A stretch of DNA of 32,000 nt from Mycobacterium leprae TN (lineage in GTDB: Bacteria; Actinomycetota; Actinomycetes; Mycobacteriales; Mycobacteriaceae). The first letter of the stretch is position 1. Every line of letters begins with the position of its first letter. A model generated the notes under the pieces. It was not told the DNA's origin. It saw nothing but the letters and a program-made list of their open reading frames with translations, and searched no databases. Position numbers and translations under genes: made by a program. Location of the stretch: assembly GCF_000195855.1 (NCBI RefSeq), contig NC_002677.1:2280001-2312000 (forward strand), in the 5' to 3' direction. Positions 10,309 to 20,711 of this stretch are shown piece after piece.

Positions 10309-11016
10309 CTACTCCTCGGTGAAATTCCGGGTTATCGACGGGTCGACCGGAATGCCAGGGCCCATAGTCGTCGACACGGTGACCTTCTTCAGGTAACGGC
10401 CCTTCGACGACGACGGCTTGAGCCGAAGCACCTCCTCAAGCGCGGCGCCGTAGTTCTCCGCCAGCCGCTTCTCATCGAACGATGCCTTGCCGATCACAAA
10501 GTGCAAATTAGCCTGTTTGTCCACCCGGAAGTTGATCTTGCCGCCCTTGATGTCAGCAACGGCCTTGGCGACATCGGGGGTGACGGTGCCGGTCTTGGGG
10601 TTCGGCATCAAGCCACGTGGACCCAACACCCGAGCGATACGACCAACCTTGGCCATCTGATCGGGTGTCGCGACCGCGGCGTCGAACTCCAGCCAGCCGC
10701 CCTGAATCTTCTCGATCAGATCGTCGCTACCAACCACATCAGCTCCCGCGGCTACGGCAACATCCGCTTTTTCGCCGACGGCGAACACTGCGACCCGAGC
10801 GGTCTTACCGGTACCGTGTGGCAGGTTAACCGTGCCACGGACCATTTGGTCTGCTTTACGCGAGTCGACACCCAGCCGTATCGCCACCTCGACGGTCGCA
10901 TCCTGCCTGGTCGACGACGTCTCTTTGGCGAGCTTGGCCGCCTGAAGTGGAGTGTAAAGGTTGGTGCGGTCCACCTTCACGGCGGCAGCGCGATAAGCCT
11001 TGCTGCTTTTGCTCAT
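10309..11016 (-). CDS. rplA: 50S ribosomal protein L1
   Basis: [71 protein letters not shown]... reads as full-length L1. I chose ATG 11016; the track start at 11028 is a TTG four codons upstream. The product is 235 aa. Confidence 0.96.
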   Translation of the reverse strand: MSKSSKAYRAAAVKVDRTNLYTPLQAAKLAKETSSTRQDATVEVAIRLGVDSRKADQMVRGTVNLPHGTGKTARVAVFAVGEKADVAVAAGADVVGSDDLIEKIQGGWLEFDAAVATPDQMAKVGRIARVLGPRGLMPNPKTGTVTPDVAKAVADIKGGKINFRVDKQANLHFVIGKASFDEKRLAENYGAALEEVLRLKPSSSKGRYLKKVTVSTTMGPGIPVDPSITRNFTEE

Positions 11017-11147
11017 TGAACTATCCAATCTTGGTGATGGGTCGTGGTTGGTAAGCGGGCCGACGCTGGCCCTCCCACTTAATGTTTCGTCGAACTCTCA
11101 CTCAGGCAGCGAACAGCCACGCATCGTTGCCCGACAGGGGTGAGTTA

Positions 11148-11576
11148 TTACTCGACGGTGATGCCCATCGACCTGGCGGTACCGGCGATGATCTTGGCGG
11201 CTGCGTCGATGTCGTTGGCGTTGAGGTCAGCCTTCTTGGTTTCAGCAATCTCCCGAACTTGATCCCAGCTGACCTTAACGACCTTAGTCTTGTGCGGCTC
11301 GGCCACCCCCTTGCCCACCCCGGCAGCATCGAGGAGCAACTTGGCGGCAGGCGGCGTCTTGAGCGCAAAAGTGAAGCTGCGGTCCTCGTAGACCGTGATC
11401 TCCACCGGTATGACCTGGCCACGCTGGTTCTCAGTGGCAGCATTGTACGCCTTGCAGAACTCCATGATGTTGACGCCGTGCTGGCCGAGCGCGGGCCCGA
11501 CCGGCGGAGCAGGGTTGGCCTGCCCCGCCTGAATCTGAAGCTTGATCAGCCCGGCGACTTTCTTTTTCGTGGCCAT
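11148..11576 (-). CDS. rplK: 50S ribosomal protein L11
   Basis: 142-aa [52 protein letters not shown]... with the canonical L11 N-terminal PPVGPALG motif. Confidence 0.97.
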   Translation of the reverse strand: MATKKKVAGLIKLQIQAGQANPAPPVGPALGQHGVNIMEFCKAYNAATENQRGQVIPVEITVYEDRSFTFALKTPPAAKLLLDAAGVGKGVAEPHKTKVVKVSWDQVREIAETKKADLNANDIDAAAKIIAGTARSMGITVE

Positions 11577-11603
11577 TGGGTTTCGTTCTTCCTTCCTCGG
11601 GGG

Positions 11604-12350
<747 letters not shown>

Positions 12351-12367
12351 CTAATCACTTTCGAGCC

Positions 12368-12808
12368 TCAGCCGAACACCAACAACACCAGCTTGGCCAG
12401 GCCAAAATCAGCAAGGCCAACCAGTGCCACCATAAAGGCAAGAAACGCCAACACGACTGAGGTGTAAGTGAGCATTTGTTTGCGGTTAGGCCAGATAACC
12501 TTCCGCATCTCTCCAACGACCTGCTTGAGGTAATTGTAAATGAATACGATCGGGTTAGCCGAGCGATCCGCCGATTTCTTCGGCTTTTTGACCTTGCCTT
12601 CCTTGGCAATCGCAGCCTGAGTCGACGACTCTTCGACCTCGACGTTGGCCCCAGTATTCGAGGCATTCGCTGCTCGCTGCCGAGACCGCTTGCCGGTAGG
12701 GCGTTGCGGTCGAGTTGCCGGTTTCGTGACCACGGTCGTCCGGCCGCGGGTCCCACTACCGACTTCGGTTCCCCCGCCGTCGCTGGCAGCGTACCTCTCG
12801 TCGCTCAC
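12368..12808 (-). CDS. secE: Preprotein translocase subunit SecE
   Basis: 146-aa ORF with GTG start and AAGGAG 6 nt upstream. A long basic, low-complexity N-terminus is followed by the conserved SecE C-terminus ([49 protein letters not shown]) with a single TM helix. Confidence 0.93.
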   Translation of the reverse strand: MSDERYAASDGGGTEVGSGTRGRTTVVTKPATRPQRPTGKRSRQRAANASNTGANVEVEESSTQAAIAKEGKVKKPKKSADRSANPIVFIYNYLKQVVGEMRKVIWPNRKQMLTYTSVVLAFLAFMVALVGLADFGLAKLVLLVFG

Positions 12809-12900
12809 CGCGTGCTCCTTTGTTCGCTAACTATTCTCGCGAGCTTTCCCGCTCTGATTGGATACCCCTAGTGTCCACCATGTCACGTCTTCGCCTTCAG

Positions 12901-12973
<73 letters not shown>

Positions 12974-13143
12974 TCGCGGCTGGTCTGGCCAGCCAGACCT
13001 ATCCAGCCAACCCACATACACCGGGGCTTACATGAAACGCGCGCCCCCCGCTCGTTACAACTCACGGAAAGCGCGCTGATATTGGGAAACCCCTAGGCAT
13101 GAGTGTACTCGATTCCACTCAAGCGCAGAAAACCTGATACCAA

Positions 13144-13644
13144 TTACGCGCTTCTGATGACCTGTCCGGATTCCTTGTCCCATTTTAGCTGACTGGAGTT
13201 GTCGCCTTGCTGGCCCATCAACGTGGTGTAGGCCTCCATCACCAACTCGCCATCATCACTGGTACAGCTGTTCTTGGTTACCACGATATCGGCACCAAAA
13301 CGTTCGCTCACCGAATGGATATCCATTCGAGCCCACAGCTTGTCCCCGACAAGTACCGGCTTGTGGAAGACAAAGCGTTGGTCGACCTGCACGATCTGCA
13401 TGGTCTCCATTCCTACATCGACATTACGGAAGAAATCCAACTGAACGTACTTAGCGAAGATCGTCACAAACGTCAGCGGAGCAACGATCGCATCGTAGCC
13501 GAGTTCAGCGGCCGCATCCTCGCTGAAGTAGGCGGGGTGATCGCACTTGATAGCTCGGGCGAACTCGCGACATTGCTCGCGGCCCACAATGAAGTAGTCT
13601 GAATACCGCCAGACCATCCCGCGGATATCGGTTTTCAGCGCCAC
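13144..13644 (-). CDS. hadC: (3R)-hydroxyacyl-ACP dehydratase subunit HadC (FAS-II)
   Basis: 166-aa ORF with GTG start: MALKTDIRGMVWRYSDYFIVGREQCREFARAIKCDHPAYFSEDAAAELGYDAIVAPLTFVTIF. It is a paralogue of HadA (same MaoC-like hotdog N-terminal pattern). It begins 3 nt after the hadB stop. Confidence 0.92.
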   Translation of the reverse strand: MALKTDIRGMVWRYSDYFIVGREQCREFARAIKCDHPAYFSEDAAAELGYDAIVAPLTFVTIFAKYVQLDFFRNVDVGMETMQIVQVDQRFVFHKPVLVGDKLWARMDIHSVSERFGADIVVTKNSCTSDDGELVMEAYTTLMGQQGDNSSQLKWDKESGQVIRSA

Positions 13645-13647
13645 AAG

Positions 13648-14076
13648 CTACGCCAGTTTCGCTGAAGCGATAGCCCGGCCGAAGATCTTCTTGCCACCGG
13701 TTGTGGCCGAGAGAGCGATGGTCACCGACTTGGTGTCCGGATCAACCGACTTCACCTTACCGCTGAACACCAGCACGGCACCTTGGCCGTCGTTGGGTAC
13801 CGGCACTACCGCAGTAAACCGCACGTTGTATTCGATGACCGCACCTGGGTCACCGACCCACGAGGTGACGTATCCGCCGCCAATACCCATCGTCAGCATT
13901 CCATGAGCGATCGCGGTGTCTAGCCCCACCACCTTGGCGATTTCGTCGTCCCAGTGTATCGGATTCAAGTCACCCGAAACCCCTGCGTAATTCACCAAAT
14001 CCTGGCGAGTAAGTGGATAGGTCTTTTCCGGCAGCAGGTCACCAACCTTGACTGAACTAAACTCACGCCGCGCCAT
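13648..14076 (-). CDS. hadB: (3R)-hydroxyacyl-ACP dehydratase catalytic subunit HadB (FAS-II)
   Basis: MARREFSSVKVGDLLPEKTYPLTRQDLVNYAGVSGDLNPIHWDDEIAKVVGLDTAIAHGMLTMG contains the hydratase-2 motif (Y-x-G-x-S-G-D-x-N-P-I-H). I chose ATG 14076, which gives 142 aa. The track start at 14103 would add 9 residues that I do not recall in HadB. Confidence 0.93.
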   Translation of the reverse strand: MARREFSSVKVGDLLPEKTYPLTRQDLVNYAGVSGDLNPIHWDDEIAKVVGLDTAIAHGMLTMGIGGGYVTSWVGDPGAVIEYNVRFTAVVPVPNDGQGAVLVFSGKVKSVDPDTKSVTIALSATTGGKKIFGRAIASAKLA

Positions 14077-14542
14077 CAGAAAATCCCTCTTCTCCACCCT
14101 CACCTACACGACCCGCCAGGGTCGTGTAGGTCTCCTGGACGATGTCACCGACCTCATTGGTGACGACGTTCTTGGTCACGATTATCTGGGTGCCGTGCGC
14201 CTCACGCATCGAATCGACGTAGACGTCGCAATACAGCTTGTCGCCCGCCACAATCGGCTTGACGAATTTCAGCACTTGATCGATTTGTACGATCTGCTGG
14301 TCGGTTACCGCGATGTTTGCGTGCTTGAAAAACGCCGACTGCGCCTTGTAGCCGAATAAACAGATGAACGTCAAAGGCGCCAGCAGCCCCTTGTAGCCGA
14401 GTTCGGCTGCCGCGTCCTCCTCGAAGTATGAGGTATCCTCATTTTGCACGGCTACCGCGTACTCGCGAATCTTTTCGCGCTCTACTTCGTAGTGGTCAGG
14501 GTACCGGTAGTGCATCCCGACGATGTTTGTGGTCAACCCCAC
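14063..14542 (-). CDS. hadA: (3R)-hydroxyacyl-ACP dehydratase subunit HadA (FAS-II)
   Basis: 159-aa ORF with GTG start: IVGMHYRYPDHYEVEREKIREYAVAVQNEDTSYFEEDAAAELGYKGLLAPLTFICLFGYKAQSAFFKHANI...LYCDVYVDSMREAHGTQIIVTKN. Its last 14 nt (ATGGCGCGGCGTGA) overlap the hadB start. Confidence 0.93.
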   Translation of the reverse strand: MGLTTNIVGMHYRYPDHYEVEREKIREYAVAVQNEDTSYFEEDAAAELGYKGLLAPLTFICLFGYKAQSAFFKHANIAVTDQQIVQIDQVLKFVKPIVAGDKLYCDVYVDSMREAHGTQIIVTKNVVTNEVGDIVQETYTTLAGRVGEGGEEGFSDGAA

Positions 14543-14588
14543 GGCTGTAAAACCTACCTAGTCACTCTTGGTAACCACTTACGAGCGG

Positions 14589-14756
14589 CTACCGTGTCTC
14601 ACGATGGGACTGGTGCTTACCACAATTTCGGCAGAACTTCTTCAGCTCCATCCGGTCGGGGTCGTTACGCCGGTTCTTCTTGGTGATATAGTTACGGTGC
14701 TTGCACACCTCGCATGCCATTGTTATTTTCGGCCGCACATCGGTACTGGAAGCCAT
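14589..14756 (-). CDS. rpmG: 50S ribosomal protein L33 (zinc-ribbon, Cys-containing form)
   Basis: This 55-codon ORF is not in the supplied track. It reads [55 protein letters not shown], from ATG 14756 to TAG 14589-14591. Two CxxC pairs are present (CEVC, CRNC). It lies between tRNA-Met and hadA, the arrangement I recall for rpmG2 in M. tuberculosis. Confidence 0.9.
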   Translation of the reverse strand: MASSTDVRPKITMACEVCKHRNYITKKNRRNDPDRMELKKFCRNCGKHQSHRETR

Positions 14757-14802
14757 GACGGTTCTCTCTCAAGTCTGGTGTCAAACATGTCGTTTTGTGT
14801 TG

Positions 14803-14876
<74 letters not shown>

Positions 14877-14929
14877 TCTGGCCAACCTCATCCTCGGATT
14901 CAGGGCCGCCTACTATTCGGCGTCCGCCG

Positions 14930-15002
14930 AGCCCCCTAACGGAATCGAACCGTTGACCTTTTCCTTACCATGGAAACGCTCTACCGACTGAGCTAAGGGG
15001 GC
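14930..15002 (-). tRNA. thrT: tRNA-Thr (anticodon GGT)
   Basis: Reverse complement: GCCCCCT TA GCTC AGTCGGTA GAGC G TTTCC ATGGTAA GGAAA AGGTC AACGG TTCGATT CCGTT AGGGGGC T. The acceptor stem is a perfect 7 bp and the anticodon loop is AU-GGU-AA. Confidence 0.93.
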
Positions 15003-15155
15003 CGTTCCATCCGAAGCGACCAGTCGCGCCGTGGGCCTAACAGAGGATACAGCCTGGTGCACAACGGCACCAAACCACAAAGGTGCGGCGGCGGGTAGCT
15101 TAGAACAGTCAGTGAGGCGTTAACAGGATGAACAGGCAGTGGACTATGCCGAGGA

Positions 15156-15371
15156 TCACCCGGTGTCGCTGCTTCGGCGTGTACGCCACGCATCAGGGTT
15201 GCTGAACTCGTCATATTCTGGGTCCTGTTCTGAGAGGCCCCCGACACCGGGTTCGCCAAGGAGAGCCTTGAGCGCCAGATGGACGGCCTCTCGCCTGCCC
15301 AATAACCCGTACCGGCGTATGACCTCTTGGACTAGGTCGTCGTCAACCTCTATCTCGACCTTCTTCAGCAT
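15156..15371 (-). CDS. Small VapB-like (ribbon-helix-helix type) antitoxin-family protein with no adjacent toxin gene
   Basis: MLKKVEIEVDDDLVQEVIRRYGLLGRREAVHLALKALLGEP... matches the VapB/DUF2191 pattern (M.tt.idiDDdLl.eA....g..tkreaV..ALr.Ll), followed by an acidic tail. I chose ATG 15371; the track start at 15389 is a TTG. No SD is visible. Only 153 nt separate its stop from tRNA-Thr, so no VapC fits. Confidence 0.6.
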   Translation of the reverse strand: MLKKVEIEVDDDLVQEVIRRYGLLGRREAVHLALKALLGEPGVGGLSEQDPEYDEFSNPDAWRTRRSSDTG

Positions 15372-15523
15372 GGGCCAACAATAAACCAATGCGCTCAGCC
15401 CGCAGCCCGCCTAATATCGGCAACACTTAATATACGCCACCAATCGGTAGCCTGCCGACAATTTATGCAATGGTGCTCTAGACAGTCTTGGACGAGTATT
15501 TAGACGAGACCTAGTCTAGTGAG

Positions 15524-16240
15524 GTGTCAGATTCGGACCGGCTGTACTTTCGGCAACTGCTCTCCGGACGCGATTTCGCCGTTGACGATGTTGTCGCAAC
15601 GCAGATGCGCAATTTTGCCTACCTGATCGGCGACCGCCAGACTGGGGACTGCGTCGTGGTCGACCCGGCGTACGCCGCTGGTGATCTGGTGGACGCACTC
15701 GAAGCGGACGGTATGCGGTTGTCTGGAGTGCTGGTGACTCACCATCACCCCGACCATGTGGGCGGGGTGATGATGGGCTTTCAGCTAAAGGGATTGACCG
15801 AGCTGCTCGAGCGAGTAACTGTGCCCGTGCACGTTAATACCCATGAGGCGCTATGGATTTCACGAGTCACAGGAATTGACATCGGTCATCTGACCACTCA
15901 TGAGCACCGCGACAAGCTCAGCGTTGGCGATATCGAAATTGAGCTGCTGCACACACCGGGTCATACGCCGGGCAGCCAGTGTTTTCTGCTCGATGGCCTG
16001 CTGGTCGCCGGAGACACGTTGTTTCTGGAGGGTTGCGGCCGTACCGACTTTCCGGGTGGCAATTCCGACGAGATGTACCGCAGCCTGCAGCAGCTCGCGC
16101 AACTTCCGGGTAACCCTACAGTGTTCCCAGGGCACTGGTATTCAACCGCTCCCAGTGCCACGCTATCGATGGTCAAGTGCTCCAACTACGTGTACCGTGC
16201 CGCGGATCTCAATCAGTGGCGAATGTTGATGGACAGCTGA
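15524..16240 (+). CDS. Metallo-beta-lactamase-fold hydrolase, glyoxalase II-like (Rv0634c-like)
   Basis: 238-aa ORF with GTG start. It carries the MBL metal motif VLVTHHHPDHVGG (HxHxDH), then LLHTPGHTPGS and a later GDTLF...GCGRTDFPGG. The exact start is uncertain. Confidence 0.85.
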   Translation: MSDSDRLYFRQLLSGRDFAVDDVVATQMRNFAYLIGDRQTGDCVVVDPAYAAGDLVDALEADGMRLSGVLVTHHHPDHVGGVMMGFQLKGLTELLERVTVPVHVNTHEALWISRVTGIDIGHLTTHEHRDKLSVGDIEIELLHTPGHTPGSQCFLLDGLLVAGDTLFLEGCGRTDFPGGNSDEMYRSLQQLAQLPGNPTVFPGHWYSTAPSATLSMVKCSNYVYRAADLNQWRMLMDS

Positions 16241-16395
16241 GGAATTGCTGTGCAATGCACTGACCTACCAGAACTACGGACCACAAGGGAAATGCGTCCG
16301 ACATATTACGCGCCGGGATCGAGATCCAGCCCCTTACAGCAGCGTAACGTCAAATCTTATTCAATCGACGGGCTGTTCGTATCGAAGGAACACCT

Positions 16396-17126
16396 ATGAG
16401 CCACCCTGTTATTTCCCTTTATTTCCTTGTTATCTATAGCCATAAAGATTCCAGCGCGATCATCAAGATGGATAACAGCAAAGTCAACGCGCTAGGCCCG
16501 ACCATGCAACAAGCTCTCAACGAAGCGATCGACCAAGCCGACAAAAACAACGTTTGTGTACTAGTGATCACTGGGAACGACCGAGTTTCCAGTGGTGACT
16601 TCGACCTTAAAGGGCTGACGTCCGGACAGGATCAACGCGCGACCGACATGTTCAGCGGTGACTTCGATGCTAAGCCATACCGACTCTTGTCCTAGCCCAA
16701 GCCGGTAGTGATGGCCTGCATCGGCCACACGATCGCCATGAGACCTTTCCTGTTATCCGTTGGGCGACCACCGGGCGGCAGACCACACATACAACATTCA
16801 GGCCAACGAAGTCACTATCGGCATGTCCATCACCTAATCGGCACTAGCGCTCACAAAGCTACGACTAAAGCACCGTTACCGGAACAGCAAGCCGCTGTTC
16901 CGGCCAAGACGTTATTTGATGAAACTTCCATACCTAACGGGCAGAATTCATCGACAACGATCATACTTCCTGAGATGGCGCGATGTCCGCGCCGAAAAAG
17001 CGGAACAGGCATTCGCCGACCTCAACCAGCCGGCTCAACCTTGCAACCAAGTTACGCACCCACACCGACGCGCTCACAGCCATCCACGCCGGCATCGGCA
17101 AGATATAAGCCGAGTTCGGATTGTAA
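16396..17126 (+). pseudogene. echA3: echA3 pseudogene (enoyl-CoA hydratase/crotonase family)
   Basis: AIIKMDNSKVNALGPTMQQALNEAIDQADKNNVCVLVITGNDRVSSGDFDLKGLTSG...YRLLS*PKPVVMACIGHTIAM shows the crotonase fold pattern. An in-frame TAG lies at 16693-16695 and frame is lost downstream. The C-terminal remnant AEFGL* ends near 17126. A 10-bp near-tandem duplication sits at 16409-16428 in the N-terminus. Confidence 0.8.
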
Positions 17127-20100
17127 TTCAACGGCTTTATTCAAGGCTTACTGGGCAATCGCTTCCCACTCTCCTCCACTCGTAAGTGTGATACGTCGGC
17201 GTCGTAACGTCATTTTGTACCGATACCTTCAAAAATGAGCCAGTAGAGACCACCTATTGCTAAATTTTTTCTAGCGTTACGCCAAAACACATTGGTATAT
17301 AGGGAATTGACTGTCAAAGGTCAATACTATGCGATAGCCCGATGGATGTGACTTCTTTTTCAGGTTGAGATTGAAGTTGATGACGCGCATGACGCCGTCG
17401 CCGCACTGCTCATTGATCAGTTTTTTGACAACGCCGCCGTACACCTGGATCGCTTCGCATTACCGAAACCCCGATCCACCAAGGCGATCATGGTTCCCCC
17501 ACAATCGATCTGCCAGTACCCTCAAGGCTGGCAACTGCTCAACGAAAGCACCGACGAGCCATCGAGGCATCGTTTTGGCCCGTACTGCTGATCTCTCGGA
17601 TCCGCTCACCATCGTGGCGCTCGTCTCCAAACTCACCAGTGACGTCGACCAAACGAAGTTTCTTCAATACACCCCAGACGAGTTGCAGAACTTGCCTGGA
17701 TACCAGGACTCTGGAGACAGAAAGCGTCCAGGCTCGGCGCTTTTCAAGCGGGGCAGCTATAACTAGTTCATACATGAGAAAGATGGCAAGAAACAGGAAG
17801 TCACGCAGAAGACCGTGATGATACCCGGCTAAATAAGGTGCGGAGTTCGTGTTGCAACTCAATACCAACGCCCTAGACATCGATTCAGGACCGCTGATGG
17901 ACGATACCCGTCGACATCGACGAACAAACGGCCATCACCCCCCTGACTCTCGCAGCAAGACGTCAACCCCCCTACCGTCGTTCAGGCATCGGGACTGTCT
18001 ACGTCGAGTCAGACTAGACTGAACCTACATACGCATACAATCCAGAACAGCGCCCCAGTCCTGTCGAATCAGTTGAACACACACAGACGTGTACTGTGTT
18101 TTTACCTCTACACTCACCGTCATGGCACCAATCTGGGAGGTGCTAGCCTGGCCGCATTGATAAAACTAAGCCACGTTACTTCCGTTACCGTCACAATTTT
18201 TAACGGTCAGCCCGGCTCCGAATATTACAAGGCCACCGGCCGCAGCCAAATCGTCTTTCTGCCGTCGTCGCCAGGAATTAAAAACGGCTCTATGAAGCTG
18301 CCACCACATTACATTGCAAAAACAGACCCTGATGACCGTACTGTCGTCCCGACACGCCCATCTACAGCGAAATACCGTCATCGCCTCTGGCCCCGAATGG
18401 CTCTCGCTGATGGTCAACTTGGTCAGGCCAGCCCACAACACGGAAGCCGTGATAAAACTGTTCCAAGCAGGTGCTGAACCCCATCCAAAATTGGTTTACG
18501 AGTTACGGAGCGCTCGCGGCCGGCGTCGCCACCCCGCAACAAACTGACCAGGTTGCCCGGATACTGGCCGAAGTCGAATGTCATTTCATCATCACCGAGC
18601 ATAGTGGCCACACGGACGAACAGGACGACGCCCTGACGCGCATCGCCGAAGCCATGGCGGCTTCGGTTTTCGAGTTCATGTCTCGGGTCTACCAACAATT
18701 TCCGCGCTGCCATCCGCTCTACGGCGCGGGTCCCGTGAAGGCCGTTGTGGACGACGTCAACGCAATCCTTTTGACCGGAAGGCAATTCACCCTGACATCC
18801 GCCGGACCCCAGTAGCTACGACCGGGATGCGTCATCATTCAACCCACTGTGTCCACGGGAAACGTATTGGGACTCCCCGACCACGCAAGCGATTCCGGGA
18901 AACCTCTCCCACAACCTTTGCTGGCAGCCAGCCTGGCCCAGTTATCGACCCGGGCCGGGGTTACTAAAACCACTGCATAACGATCCTGTCATAGACAGAA
19001 CGTTCGCGACTAGTACATCGAAGATAACGACCAATCTGGTTCGCAGAAAACAATTTCATGCCTGCAGCCAAGTTGGGCTGTTAGCAGAACTTACACGGCA
19101 CACTGACCTACGATGCGATTTGCGTCGACGAGATCACCGCCCAAATGCCACAGATGATTTGGCTCCTCTTCGAGTGCAAGTCCATTCGACAATACCGCGG
19201 CTGGGTCAAAGCTCTCGGAACCAACTTGGGCACTGCGTTGGGCGTCGAACTTACCCACTTGCACCAACTTGTCTTGTCAATACTTGACAACAGTAACCTC
19301 CGGCACAACGTATCTGCTCTACGTGATAATCGACCTAATAGCTAGCCCTATCAGCCTCGAAAACCAATAAGAGAAGGCGATGCGTCGACTCCTTCCTGGA
19401 AATGCGGACCCAGCAGGTATCCTGGTGGTAGTGCTGGCCACTGTGCTACCAGTTCGTCGCCGACCCGACGTATACAACGCCGATTTCAATGGAGGAGGGA
19501 ACCCACAATCGTTGCGTCACAGTCAGTAACGATGCGATCGGAGCTCACGTCGAGATAAAAGCTACCCCTCCCGACGACCTTGTCGAAGACCTGACAGCAG
19601 ATCCGGTGATCAGGTTATTTGTCCGGAAATTCTTCACTGGCTACCGCCAAACCGATGTCAACGGAGCAGGAGACGCCGGCCTTGCATATTCTCTATTTGA
19701 CCCACATCCAAAAGCGCCAACATTCTGCTCCCTTGACTCAGTAACCCCGCACATTTCCTTCGCCAAGTTCTCACTAGGCCATCGCGATCGACCCCCAACT
19801 GCGACCACGACGCTACTCGGACTGACGTTCCAAACTCGGCTAACTTCGAGAATCGCGGTTATTTTAACGGCGTGCAACGACACCCCCGATTGGTCTTACG
19901 GTGTTGACATGACAGAACAGTTCGGATGCCATAGATGTCGGACACCCGCCGAGGGCGGGGTTATTGTGTGTCGTCAACCCGATCTTAGACGCTCTGCTGA
20001 GCACTCCGCTCGTGGGCCCCGCCAGCAAATAGTCGATGGTATGAAACTTCACTGGGCAAAAGACATCGCAGCAGTTCTCAATTCCGGCGAGCACCCACCT

Positions 20101-20711
20101 GATCGGCAACGGCCTCTATGCGTTGACCGGCATACTTTGGAAGCAGAACTTCCGTGGCGACACTGCCGCTAAGGTAGTCTATACTGGAAAGACAACCGCT
20201 ATTCGGGGCCAACTGCTCCGAGACCGTACGGTGGTCTCTGATCTTTACCTGCGGTACACCCAGAACTACGGTATCAAGCGCACAGCTGACGATGGGACTA
20301 AAATTCCGTGCACAGTACATCCGACTACTCGAAGAATTCAGCGAGGCAGTGGACCGGATGCAACTGGCGTCCATCCGGTTGACACCAGCGGGTAAGCGAT
20401 CCCCAGCGAGCCCGGTAGACGACGGGAGCGGTGAGACGTCAGTCAATTGGTCGCGCAGTCGTTCGACTAGTCGGACCAACCTTAGCCTGATACGACCCCT
20501 GCCCAGTAGATCCGATCACCTACTTGGCAGCGGCTGAACTCGTTGATAGTACCGTCGGGTCAGCGGCTCGAGTTGGTTAATCACCTCATATTTAGCGACC
20601 GGCCAGTGCAACCTCCGTTGTCCCGCCCGGCCAGTAACCAGTAACTTGTCCGTTTAGACTTCAAGGTGTCGTCGTGATGGTCATTTGGTGGTTATTTTTT
20701 GCTGGTTTGGT
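17127..20711. other. About 3.6 kb of non-coding-looking or decayed sequence with no family I can recognise
   Basis: Only short, mutually overlapping ORFs occur in all frames, with unusual Cys/Arg/His/Trp-rich composition. The stretch is visibly more A/T-rich than the flanking genes. Colinearity with M. tuberculosis (from memory) would place recC-recB-recD here, but I could not find helicase or nuclease motifs by eye. Confidence 0.4.

Noticed and set aside
19489-20172. 227-aa ATG ORF, the longest in the unassigned region, as a possible novel CDS
   Set aside because: It has no SD, no recognisable motif and an atypical amino-acid composition, and it is overlapped by antisense ORFs of similar quality. 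I kept it as a question in the findings rather than calling it a feature.
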